A DNA stretch of 63,590 bases, counting the filler, from Octopus bimaculoides (taxonomy: Eukaryota): assembly GCF_001194135.2 (NCBI RefSeq). It is 4 parts of 3 records of this genome, joined end to end, with 100 filler letters (N's around TTAATTAATTAA, not from the genome) between each part and the next. Parts side by side here need not be neighbours in the genome. Positions count along the whole stretch, not along the records: positions 25,408 to 53,715 come from NC_068995.1; positions 53,816 to 59,576 come from NW_026328183.1; positions 59,677 to 63,590 come from NC_068995.1; 1 more part is not named here. One strand, written 5' to 3'. Below the pieces are notes generated by a model. It was not told the DNA's origin. It did not search any database and worked only from the letters and a program-made list of their open reading frames with translations. The position numbers and the translations under genes are program-made. This document shows, piece by piece, positions 51,740-63,521 of this stretch (the first letter of the stretch is position 1; each line of letters starts with the position of its first letter).

Positions 51740-53660
51740 CATACACACACACATACATGCATATAATGTTACTAGTTTTGTATGCACTGAATGTTCCTTT
51801 TAAACACACTACTCATTATCTTTGCACATGCAATCTGTGGTTAAGAAAGGATATAATGTGTGTGTGTATGTATATATATATATATATATATACATACACA
51901 CGCACATGCATATGATAAACATATAACGTATATATTTATGTGTATATAATGTGAGTGCATGCGTACATACACACACATTAACACTACAAAACCTACAATT
52001 GCCTTTTAATGTTCTCATCTGCCATTGATGTTCCCAATTGAACCGAAATTCCTTCCACTGTCAAAGTTATCTGAGGCATGAAATAACACCATTTATTGTA
52101 ATATATGTGAAGTTCATAACGATAGTAGTCGTCGTCGTCGTAGTAGTAGTAACAGTATTAGTACTACAAGTAGTAGTAATATAATTGTGGTTTTATGCTT
52201 CGTGGTTTGGTGACCTTTCTTTTTTTTTCTTCCTTCGTACCAAACTTCCTGCTTTTTGTATGCATGCGTATGCACTTTAGGGTATGAAAGTGTGATATCA
52301 ACAGCCACACTCACTATGTCCTGTGTGTGTGTTTGCATAAAGTGCATATCTATATGTGTATACGTACGTGTGTGTGTGCTACTGTTTGTCTGCCTCTCAC
52401 TTTAATTATGCTTGTTCTGATAGTCATCTAAACCATTCAGGATTTCCTTGCTTGTTACAATTCCGGCTTTTGAATGACAGTGGCACACTGCCATTTCTCT
52501 CCTAGCTTCCCCCAATCTTCTTGTTCTTGCTAACAGCAGCAGCAGCAGCACCACCACCACCATCATCACTGTTGTCATCAGCTGATTCTAATCTTGTTGG
52601 CCTGCGTCATCGTCATCATTATCATCATCTTTGTCGTCATCATTATCATTGTAGTTGATGTGTAGCCCCTGGTCAGTCCTGTTTGCACAAACCTATGACA
52701 TCGTTAAGCAAGTAACTGATTTAAACATTGCAGTAGAATTTAAAAATCCCCACATCATACTTTCATCATGTTGAGGACCATCGACAAGCCGTAGTTGTTA
52801 TTATTTAACCCCAGGTCAGCCCTGACTGAGCTGACCTATGATCAAACATGTTTCAGCCACGACAGTTCTGTCTTTCATTCAGACAATAGATCTAGGACTG
52901 TGAAGGCATGTGGCTTAGTGGTTAGGGCTATTCAGCTCGTGATCGTAAGGCTGTGAGTTCGATTCCTGGCAGTGTGGTGTGTCCTTGAGTAAGACACTTT
53001 ATTTCACATTGTTCCAGTTTACTCAACTGGCAAAAATGGGTTGTACCTGTAATTAAAAGGGCCAGCCTTGTCACGTTCTGTGTCATGCTGAATCTCCCCG
53101 AGAACTACATTGAGGGTACGTATGTCTGTGGAGTACTCAGCCACTCGAATGTTAATTTCATGAGCAGGCTGTTCCGTCGATCGGATCAACTGGAACCCTG
53201 ATGGAGTGTCAGTTTAGGTTTTCATATCTAGGGCTACATTATCATTATGCCTTCCTCCTTTTCAAAACAGTAGAGTAGAATCTGAGGGAGATTTGGCTGC
53301 TATTTCTAGTAAGTTTAAGTACCACATAGCAACACCCTCCTTTAATCTGTATTTGTCTGTAGATTTTGCTGGAGGTCACAGCATCATTTTGTATAGTTAT
53401 CAGTGGCTAGAATGATAGTAGTACAAGATGTTTCCAATACTGACCAGCTATGCAGAGAAAAATGTTCACATTTGCACTCAGTTGCATATGATTATAATAG
53501 TTATCATTGCAGAATATATTGAAATACCAATTACATGTATGTAAAGAGAGAAATATGTTTAAACAGTCATATATGACAACACGATCTATGTTGGTCACTC
53601 CGATAGTTATTACTATGAAATAACCCAATTACTAAACAGCCAGACACACACATACATACA

Positions 53661-53715
<55 letters not shown>

Positions 53716-53815
53716 NNNNNNNNNNNNNNNNNNNNNNNNNNNNNNNNNNNNNNNNNNNNTTAATTAATTAANNNNNNNNNNNNNNNNNNNNNNNNNNNNN
53801 NNNNNNNNNNNNNNN
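53716..53815. other. Artificial scaffold spacer N44-TTAATTAATTAA-N44
   Basis: Same 100-bp structure. Confidence 0.95.
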
Positions 53816-54186
53816 AGGCAGTGCTCCAGCATGGCTGCAGTCAAAATGAATGAAACGAATAAAAGAATACATATAGATGTGTGTGTGTGTGTGTGTTTTG
53901 TCATCTTATCTTGACATGGGTTGTTGTAAAGGAGTATCTGCATCCATCATAAAAGCAGACTCAGTCATTTCCAGTATTCTGTGTAATGATGTCTCTGCCA
54001 TAGCAAAATACGACCTTGCTTGGAAACAGCTGAGGATTGGTGATAGGAAGAGCATCCAGTTGTAGAAAGTCACCTAAAGAAGAACTAATTGTTGCAGTAG
54101 TTGTTGTATTGGTGGTAGTTGTTGTAGTTGGCTCTCTTTACTATTTTGTGACAATCTCAAGTTACCATGGTTACTCTTCTTTACAG

Positions 54187-54243
54187 ATGGAAATCTCCCT
54201 CCTCTGGAAAATGATGAGAAAAAGGCATCCAAGAACTGCCACG
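54187..54243 (+). CDS. unc5: UNC5-type netrin receptor, 57-nt juxtamembrane cytoplasmic exon (DGNLPPLENDEKKASKNCH)
   Basis: Acceptor CTCTTCTTTACAG and donor ACG|GTGAGT; phase 1-1, open, and joins in frame (G|AT = Asp) to the 57447 exon. Confidence 0.7.
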
Positions 54244-54524
54244 GTGAGTCTATGTTGTTGTTCTTGTTATTGGTGTCGATGTTGTTGTGTTACACAGCCC
54301 CCACAATGATACTGCCACACATACACACACACATGCACAAGACTTCATCACTTCATCACAACTACCACCACCACCACCACTTTATCACCCTCACCACTCA
54401 ACCGTCACACTCCCAACACCTACCCACCCCTCACCAATCAATATTGCACTGCTCCATCACTACAGATTTTCTATAGAAATTCGAGCCAGCACCGAAATCT
54501 ATGATATTTCATATTTAGGTCTTC

Positions 54525-55418
54525 GTCATCGTTTAACGTCCGCTTACCATGCTAGCATGGGTTGGACAATTTGACTGAGGACTGGTGAAACCAGATGGCT
54601 ACACCAGGCTCCAATCTGATTTGGCAGAGTTTCTACAGCTGGATGCCCTTCCTAACGCCAACCACTCAGAGAGTGTAGTGGGTGCTGTTACGTGCCACCG
54701 GCACAAGGGCCAGTCAGGCGGATACTGGCAACGGCCACACTCAAAATGGTGCGTTTTACATGCCACCTGCACAGGAGCCAGTCCAGCGGCACTGGCAACG
54801 AACTCGCTCGGATTGCTCCTTCTTCAGCACCACATCTAACTCATTGACCATCCTTTTAATGGCTATTTAACCATCATTGCTTAAACAGACATTAAAAATG
54901 GTGGTATGTAGCATGGCTGTTCATACACATGCGTCATACAGTCTGCCTTTTACTCTGAGTGAGAGTCCCTTTGTCGCCAGCAGGGGTAAGAGCTCTCTAA
55001 ACTTTGCCCAGGCTATTCTTATTCTAGCAGCTACACTTTCAGCGCACCCACCCCCATTACTAACTTGGTCACCCAGATAGCGGAAGCTATCAACTACCTC
55101 TAGTTTTTCTCCCTGGAATGGGACAGAAGTTGTTTCCTGTTTGTTTACAGTGTTTATTGCACCTGAACATCTGCCACATACAAAAACTAACTTCCTAGTT
55201 AACCTGCCTTTGATATTGCTGCACCTCTTATGTGTCCATAGCTTGCACTGGGTACATCTTATAGAGTTACTACCTACTCCTTTTCTACATACTGAGCAGG
55301 GCCATCTACCTGAAGGGGTTTGTGTTTTATCTACCTTCCTACTTATTAGAATTTTGGTTTTAGCTAGGTTGACTCTACGGCCCTTCGATTCTAGTCCTTG
55401 CTTCCACACCTGAAACAA
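54525..55418 (-). mobile_element. RTE-clade LINE, 5'-truncated with internal deletion, antisense in the unc5 intron
   Basis: ORF 54921-55418: WKQGLESKGRRVNLAKTKIL...LEVVDSFRYLGD...VAARIRIAWAKFRELLPLL...KGRLYDACV. The 3' UTR and tail are at 54525-54830. Confidence 0.9.
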
Positions 55419-56070
55419 TGCAGTCTAAGATAGGCATGAAGTTAATGGGTGTATAAGCATATTTCAGGAGAAGACTGGTGTTCTACATCCATACAACCTG
55501 TGTAACTGCATTTTGCATTTCCCAAACAGACAATTCTTATAAACTCGTCAAAGACATTTTAAGATTTGTTCGAGATATGTTGCCAGTTGCAATTAAACTG
55601 TAATTTCTTACTNNNNNNNNNNNNNNNNNNNNNNNNNNNNNNNNNNNNNNNNNNNNNNNNNNNNNNNNNNNNNNNNNNNNNNNNNNNNNNNNNNNNNNNN
55701 NNNNNNNNNNNNNNNNNNNNNNNNNNNNNNNNNNNNNNNNNNNNNNNNNNNNNNNNNNNNNNNNNNNNNNNNNNNNNNNNNNNNNNNNNNNNNNNNNNNN
55801 NNNNNNNNNNNNNNNNNNNNNNNNNNNNNNNNNNNNNNNNNNNNNNNNNNNNNNNNNNNNNNNNNNNNNNNNNNNNNNNNNNNNNNNNNNNNNNNNNNNN
55901 NNNNNNNNNNNNNNNNNNNNNNNNNNNNNNNNNNNNNNNNNNNNNNNNNNNNNNNNNNNNNNNNNNNNNNNNNNNNNNNNNNNNNNNNNNNNNNNNNNNN
56001 NNNNNNNNNNNNNNNNNNNNNNNNNNNNNNNNNNNNNNNNNNNNNNNNNNNNNNNNNNNNNNNNNNNNNN

Positions 56071-56356
56071 CACCCGCACGAAAACGGCCACGCTCGAAAT
56101 GGTGTCTTTTATGTGCCACCCGCACAAGCCAGTCCAGGGGCACTGGCAACGATCTCGCTCGAAAATCCTACGGGAGCCAGTCAGGTGGTACTGGCAACGG
56201 CCACGCTCAAAATGGTGCATCTCATGTGCCACCCGCACAAGAACCAGTCCAGGGGCACTGGCAATGAGCTTACTTGGCTTGCCGGGTCTTCTCATGCACA
56301 GCACATTTCCAAAGGTCTCGGTCAGTAGTCATCGCCTCGGTGAGGCCCAATGTATG
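56071..56356 (-). mobile_element. RTE 3' UTR fragment with internal ~60-bp subrepeats, flanked by a 52-bp direct repeat
   Basis: GGCAACGGCCACGCTCAAAATGGTG units; 55561-55612 is identical to 56357-56408. Confidence 0.75.
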
Positions 56357-57446
56357 AAGATTTGTTCGAGATATGTTGCCAGTTGCAATTAAACTGTAAT
56401 TTCTTACTTGTTAGATAAAAGCTTGGAAATTATTGTTTGATGACATTATTTAATTAGAAAAAACAAAATTTAATATACTCTGAGATTGTTTTAATTTGCT
56501 TCAGGCCTGTTTTAATTTGCTCTGAATTTATTTCAGTTATCTTTGAGTCTATTATAATTCACTTCAAGTTGAATTTCTTTCATGATTATTCTAATTTGTT
56601 CTTGGAATGTAATTCTGTGTGTTTGTCTCTTTTATAAACTGAGATAGATGTGTGATAGCATTAATTCTTAGCCTGTTTGTTCACATCTGTGTCTATAGCT
56701 GTCTTTCTTAGAATTTGACATGTGTGATGTAGTGATGTTCATGCATGCCTTGTTTATTCTTCATCTTTCTTTCACACACACGTTTGTATGTGAGTATATG
56801 TATGTGTGCATACATGTTCTTTCTTTTCATTATATGAAAAATTCCTGCAGCTGGTCCCTAACTAAGATACAAAGCTCCATCATTGGAATGTAGAGAACAA
56901 AAACAATGTCACATTGTGAACCTAAGTAAAGTCTTTCATGTTTTTGCTCTTCACTTACAGATTACATTTATAATGCACAAGTATATGTGTGTATCTTGTG
57001 TATATGCGTATGTGTGTGTATATATATATATATATATATGTCTGATGGCACATGTTTCAGTGATTAGAGCATCGGGCTCACTATCATGAGGTAGTGAGTT
57101 TGATTCTCAGACTGGGCTGCATTGTGTTCTTGAGCAAGACACTTTATTTCCCGTTGCTCCAGTTAACTTAGCTGTAGAAATGAGTTGTGATGTCACAGGT
57201 GCCCAGCTGTATCGACCCCTTTGCCTTTCCCTTGGATAACATCAGTGGTGTGGAGAGGGGAGGTTGGTATGTAGGGTGACTACTGGTCTTCCATAAGCAA
57301 CTTTGCCTGGACTTGTGCCTCAGAAGGGAACTTTTTAGGTGCAATCATTCATGACCAAAGGGGTTCTTTACCTTACTTTACCTTTATGTATGTATATGTG
57401 CTTGTGTATATATGTATCATATATATTTCCATTTTAAACATTTCAG

Positions 57447-57872
57447 ATATGGTGTCTGTTCAGCCTGATTTGACGCAAACAGTGGTCAGTATACGTCCAG
57501 CCAATGTTGACTCCCCAAACAACAACATTGAACCAACAGTCGACAAGACAGCCTCAATGAGCAACAAGTCGCAGCAGCTGGCACAGACCCTATCAAAAGG
57601 GGGCAGCAAGTATGGCCCTGGCGACCACATGTTGACAGAGAATCCCCTTGGTGGCTCCATGGAGAAGTTGGCCATCAAATCGCAACCCAAGAACACAATG
57701 TCCATGAGTTCAAGCATGTCAATGAACCAGCGGCCAATCTCAAACGGAGATGTCCAGTCAGCCAGTCGGTTATCACTCATGTCCACCCAGTTACCATGCA
57801 ACATCGAAGCTGATGCCATCATCTGGGGCACGTTTACGCACACTGGTGGACGACTGTGCCTCAATGAATCAG
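57447..57872 (+). CDS. unc5: UNC5-type netrin receptor exon: cytoplasmic PDLT region to the start of the ZU5 domain
   Basis: Acceptor AAACATTTCAG and donor CAG|GTAAGT; 426 nt, phase 1-1, open. DMVSVQPDLTQTVV resembles the UNC5 PDLT motif. IIWGTFTHTGGRLCLNESG resembles the ZU5 start (G-x-F-x3-GG-x-L...SG). Confidence 0.82.
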
Positions 57873-58149
57873 GTAAGTTATTTTTTTAATGATGGTGACG
57901 ATGATGCTAGTTATAGTAATGATGATAATTATCATAATTTCAAATTTTGTTAAAAGGCCAGTAATTTCGGGGGAAGGTTGTAAGTCAATTACATCAACCC
58001 CGGTGTTCAACTGGTCCTTATTTTATTGACCCCTAAGAGGATGAAAGGCAAAGACAACCTCAGCGGAATTTGAACCTAAATGTAGACATAATGCCGTTAA
58101 GCATTTTGCCTGGCATCCAAATGAGTGGCACGGGTGCTTCGAAAGTGGA

Positions 58150-58674
58150 AGGGAGTCACTGGAAGACCCTCCATGAGTCACCGCCAGAAATGAGGTATAG
58201 TGCATCAAGAATTTGTCCCTGAGAGCCAGAGTTCTACCAAAATGTTTTGAAGTATTTGAGGGGGACGTTTGGTGAAAATGACCAGATATGTGGTGTGTAA
58301 AGAACTGGATTATTCACTGAGGTCTCCTCACTCATGACTTTCTCACCAAAAACAACATGGTATTGCTTTTGCACCTGTCCTATTCACCAGGTTTAGCACC
58401 TGCATACTTTCAACTCCTCCTCAAGATGAAAATGTAGCTAAAAGGTCTCTGTTTTAACACCATTGTCAAGATCCAGATTAAATCACAGAAAGTCCTTGAC
58501 TTGCTTACAGAAAATAACTTTCAGACTGGATTCCAAAAGTAGCAGGAATGCTGTGACCATTGTATTGCTGTGCAAGGTGGTTATTATGAAAGAGGTGATG
58601 TTAAAACTTAGGTAAATGAGTTATTTTTTTATTAAACATAAATAGTCTGGGAACCTTTTTGATACCACCTCATA
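58150..58674 (+). mobile_element. Mariner transposon 3' half, decayed, with TIR
   Basis: RGIVHQEFVPE...FYQNVLKYLR; NWIIH; HDFLTKNNMVLLLHLSYSPGLAPAYF (YSPDLAP motif); CIAVQGGYYE. TIR GTCTGGGAACCTTTTTGATACCACCTCA followed by TA. Confidence 0.9.
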
Positions 58675-59160
58675 TATCTATACATATAGACATAATATAT
58701 ATATATATATATATATANNNNNNNNNNNNNNNNNNNNNNNNNNNNNNNNNNNNNNNNNNNNNNNNNNNNNNNNNNNNNNNNNNNNNNNNNNNNNNNNNNN
58801 NNNNNNNNNNNNNNNNNNNNNNNNNNNNNNNNNNNNNNNNNNNNNNNNNNNNNNNNNNNNNNNNNNNNNNNNNNNNNNNNNNNNNNNNNNNNNNNNNNNN
58901 NNNNNNNNNNNNNNNNNNNNNNNNNNNNNNNNNNNNNNNNNNNNNNNNNNNNNNNNNNNNNNNNNNNNNNNNNNNNNNNNNNNNNNNNNNNNNNNNNNNN
59001 NNNNNNNNNNNNNNNNNNNNNNNNNNNACAATATATAATATAAAATAAAATAAAAATGGATGGCACCATGAAATAAAGTATTGAATGTAGATGAAATATT
59101 GAGTGTTCAATATAAAGGATCAAATATATAAATATATAAATATAAATATATATATATAAA

Positions 59161-59200
59161 GGCGACTCGAGTTTCAGGGCTATTTCCCTTCGTCATGGCC
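59161..59200 (-). ncRNA. Minimal type I hammerhead ribozyme motif (PLE-type) with palindromic loop III
   Basis: Minus strand: GGC-C(A)TGACGA-A-GGG-AAATAG-CCC-(T)GAAAC-TCGA-GTC-GCC. Stem I GGC/GCC, stem II GGG/CCC, loop TCGA, GUC triplet; two single-base insertions. Confidence 0.6.
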
Positions 59201-59317
59201 GGTATGACAGTCTTTAACAGATATGACAGTCTTTAACAGATATATATATATATCAATGAAAAATATTTCAATACAAATGTATTAATTTCCAGCAAAATAA
59301 AGCCTTATAAGGGTATA

Positions 59318-59507
59318 TATATATAAATTCAGAAGAGTGGTACAACAAGGCACCAATATTTACTGGAAATTTTTCATGTTTGTTGCACACACACATTTTT
59401 GCCAGTATATACGCAGTGAAGCTATACAATAGTGTCGTAATTGTATCGATTGCTATTTTCCAGTAAATATTGGTACCTTGTTGTACCACTCTTCTGAATT
59501 TATATAT
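59318..59507. repeat. Inverted-repeat element with ~51-bp arms (MITE-like)
   Basis: ATATATAAATTCAGAAGAGTGGTACAACAAGGCACCAATATTTACTGGAAA versus TTTCCAGTAAATATTGGTACCTTGTTGTACCACTCTTCTGAATTTATATAT. Confidence 0.85.
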
Positions 59508-59576
59508 CATCATCATCATCATCATCATCATCCAACCCATGCTAGCATGGGTTGGACGATTTGACTGAGGACTGGT

Positions 59577-59676
59577 NNNNNNNNNNNNNNNNNNNNNNNN
59601 NNNNNNNNNNNNNNNNNNNNTTAATTAATTAANNNNNNNNNNNNNNNNNNNNNNNNNNNNNNNNNNNNNNNNNNNN
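59577..59676. other. Artificial scaffold spacer N44-TTAATTAATTAA-N44
   Basis: Same 100-bp structure. Confidence 0.95.
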
Positions 59677-60099
59677 AGTTTTATGGATTTTATTCATTAT
59701 TAGCAAATTTTTGGAGTGAAAAAATGACGCAGTGACCTAACAAATTGTATTTAGAATATTAATTGCGATTGTTTAATCGAAGAAATTTGGAATTGTGTAA
59801 ACGTATGAATTTTAAACATACACACACACAGAGAAAATTTGCCTTTTATAGTATAGATAAATGGAACAAAACAGTAAGTACATAAGTTGAGTAATTACGC
59901 ATACACTTGAATGTCTACACAATCATATATACATTTTAATACCCATAGAACTACACATACATTCCAATGTTTACCCAACTACGTTAAATTTACAGGACAC
60001 ACATACACGCATATGAAAACTGTCACAAACGAAGCAAAAACAAAAACCAAAGCAAAACATTTTTTTATTTTTTGAGTGAGCAATTCATAAGTTTAAAAA

Positions 60100-63000
60100 C
60101 ACCACAAAAAACTATACCCGGAGATAAATCTATCGACAACAAAAAATGCAGACGAATACAGATCTGTTAGCCTTTAGAAGCTACGTTACGAGCAATGTTT
60201 ACATGCAGAGAGCTCGGAGGCGGTGCTGTCTCAAAAGAAATTAACCTTAAACAGACAGATCCGTCCCCTAATGTCAACGTCCAAGCTCGTCATGCCTCAA
60301 TGATAACAAAGCAAAATACAAACCGGATCGGTTCTCAGCCGGAACACCAAGGATCGCGTAATCGAATGTTGAACCAGATTCGATACAAAAAATCAGCTAC
60401 TGGTTCAAATCTTCCCGAAACACAGGAGCTGGAAGTACCCCACAACCGGAATATTCCAACTGATGGCCATCCATGCTCCTCATCAAATAACCAAAAGAAA
60501 AAGAATGAAAAATGCTCTAGGGGTGATAATAAAGAAGTTCTTACGGTCTTCCATCATGCCATATATTTCCACACAAATAAATCTAATACTGTACAACCCT
60601 ACTTAAACTGGAGACAGAAACACCTTGAAGTAAGACCCTACATAGACAGTAACAAACTTGCCAACATCAGCAGAAACATTATGAAAAAGAAATTACTTAC
60701 TGAATTAAAGATTGACCAAATTAAACAATCAGTAAGGGATAAAAGGAACGAAGTTGCAGCTAAAGAAGATACTACAGGGGAAATAATTATAGACCAGCCC
60801 AGGGCTGACGAAAATGCGAGAATGATTGAACGAGTTAATGTAACTGATAAGCAAAGTGAAATACTCACTGAACCAACCATAAACACTATGGCAGATGAAA
60901 ATCAAATAGAAGAAGAAAGTCACACAGAAATTGATCTAACAAAGCTACATGATCTAAAAAGTCAAATCATGCTTGAATGACTGAAAATTAAAGAAACCAA
61001 TATGAATGAACACGACAATCTTCCAAAAATTCGCAATTCTAACAAAAACTGAAAATAATTGGTACAATCCGCCTTGCACCTAAGGATATTATTTCAGCTA
61101 ATGATGTTGACATTACAGATCTCAACCACCTATACTATGCATCCGCCAAAATCTCAACGAACTGGTAGCAAAACTTTACAACAATGTTTAGCAAAAACCT
61201 AGTATGATTCCCTCTTGGCTAGTTAATGGTGTAACATTCCTACTTCCAAAAAATGAAGAAACAAATGAACCAAAAAATTATAAACCCCTAACCTGCTTAA
61301 CAACAATGTATAAAATGCTAACATCTGTCTTGACTGAATATACCTATAGTTTTTAAAAGAAAGTGGCATATTCCCTAATGAACAAAAAGGATGGTTGTAA
61401 AGATCAGCTACTCATCAATAAGATGATCTTGGAAGATTGTCACAGACGACACAAAAACTTGTCGATAGCCTGGATAGATTAAAAAGCTTTTGACAGTCTA
61501 CCACATAGCTGGATTAAGAAATGTCTGGAAATGTATAAAATAGCACCTACTCTGCGAAACTTTTTGTCTGTAAGTATGAGATCATGGAAAACCACACTGA
61601 TTTTGAACAGTGACAATGAATCTCTTAATGATGGAGATGTAATTATTTCATGTGGCATTTTCCAGGGTGACTCTCTATCATCGCTCCTCTTTTGTCTAGC
61701 CTTAATACCTTTCTCGAAATTGCTCGATGATGTACAATACGGCTATAAAATGTTTGATAGAAATATAAATGATCTCATTTACATGGATGATTTAAAGCTC
61801 TTTGCAAAAAATTACCAACAACTACAGGGCTTACTAGCGATTGTTAAACAATTCAGTGATGACATTAGGATGCAATTTGGCCTTGATAAATGTGCAAACG
61901 CTGCCTTTATCAGAGTAAAAATGACAGAAACATCTAATGTTAATCTTCACCAGCAGAATGTCATAAAGGAAATAGAACTAGCGGAGAGCTACAAATACCT
62001 AGGGGTATTTGAAGGGGACGGAATCAAATATCAGTGATGAGGGAAAGGATCAGAAGAGAATGTTATCGCAGGGAAAGAGTAATACTCAAGACAGAGCTGA
62101 ATGCAAGAAACAAGATCGAAGTGATCAATACTTTAGCCATACTAGTCGTGACTTACAGTTTCAATATCATTAATTGGTCAATTACTGAAATATGTAATCT
62201 TGACAGAAAAATACGAAAACTGTGACAATGCATAGAATGCACCACCCTAAGGCAGATACAGGAAGACTTTACCTGCCAAGAAAAGAGGGTGGCCGTGGAC
62301 TTTTACAACTGGAATTAACAATGAAGATTGCCACAATTGGCCTAAACACCTACCTGAAGAATTCTGATGACTGGATGTTAAAACTTGTCTCAAATCATGA
62401 AAACAAGAAAGCATCTTACTCAGTAACAAAACAAGCAGATTAATATCTAAGTGAATTCAAAATACAACAAACTCCAAAATTAGACGTACTAGAAACAAGC
62501 ACAGAAAAAGTTAAGCGTATGAAAACTCGTGCTAAAATTGATGCCTTAGATACTCTTACTGATAAATGGCAAGGAAAACCTCTCAATGGCAAATACGCAA
62601 AGAGAGATAATAGTGCCGGTGTTGACAAAGCTCTTACCTATCGATGGTTAGTGTCTTCTGGCTTAAAATCAGAAGCAGAAGGGTTAATCATAGCGGCCCA
62701 AGATCAATGCCTACCTACAAGGAACTACCGGGCCAACATATTAAAGAACGGCAGTAACTCAACATGTCGTGTATGTCAACAACAAAATGAAACCATTGAT
62801 CATATTGTCTCCATGTGCAGTTTTCTTGTGCCTACAGAGTATCTCAACAGGCATGATAGAGCAACACAATATATTCACTGGGTAATTTGCAAAAACCTGG
62901 ACTTGCCCCATGATAAAAACTGGTGGGAACACAAACCACCTCCAGTGCTTGAAAATCATCACATCTCACTCCTCTGGAACTTCACCATTCAAACTGACAG

Positions 63001-63518
63001 AAAGATAGATGCAAATAGGCCAGACATTATATTGAAAGACTTCAGACAAAAATCATGCCTCCTCATTGATATGACTGTCCCAATCGACATAAATGTATCT
63101 GTCAAGGCCTACCAAACACTGAACAAGTATAAAGATCTTGAAATAGAAATTGACAAAATGTGTAACCTCAAGACTAAAACAATACCTGTTGTCATAGATG
63201 CTCTAGGAATGATAGCAAAAGGGGCTGATTGATACTTAGCTCAGATACCAGGAAACCCCAAAATGGCAGAAATTCAAAAATTGTGCGCATGGGAACTGCC
63301 CATATCCTACGTAAAATACTGCCTATGTAATCTCAAATTTTAAATCAAACTCATAATTTTCTTATGTTTTCTTAAACATTCACTAGAACAAAACTGTACA
63401 AAACCAAATATATGATACCCTTGGCATAACACCAACATGAACTCCTAACTTGTTGTCTCTTGAGGTCTCTGGGTGAGACTTGGAGCCAACGTGTACAAAT
63501 ACAAAGCAAAAGTCAAAC

Positions 63519-63521
<3 letters not shown>
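60100..63521 (+). mobile_element. Near full-length R4/Dong-clade LINE (N-terminal region, RT, CCHC, RLE), decayed
   Basis: N-terminal ...SNKLANISRNIMKKKLLTELKIDQIK. RT: [51 protein letters not shown]. Then ESEAEGLIIAAQDQCL, CRVC...HIVSMC, RHD, RPDII, LIDMTVP, KYKDLEIEI. Followed by (TAA)n. The 5' boundary is approximate. Confidence 0.95.
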
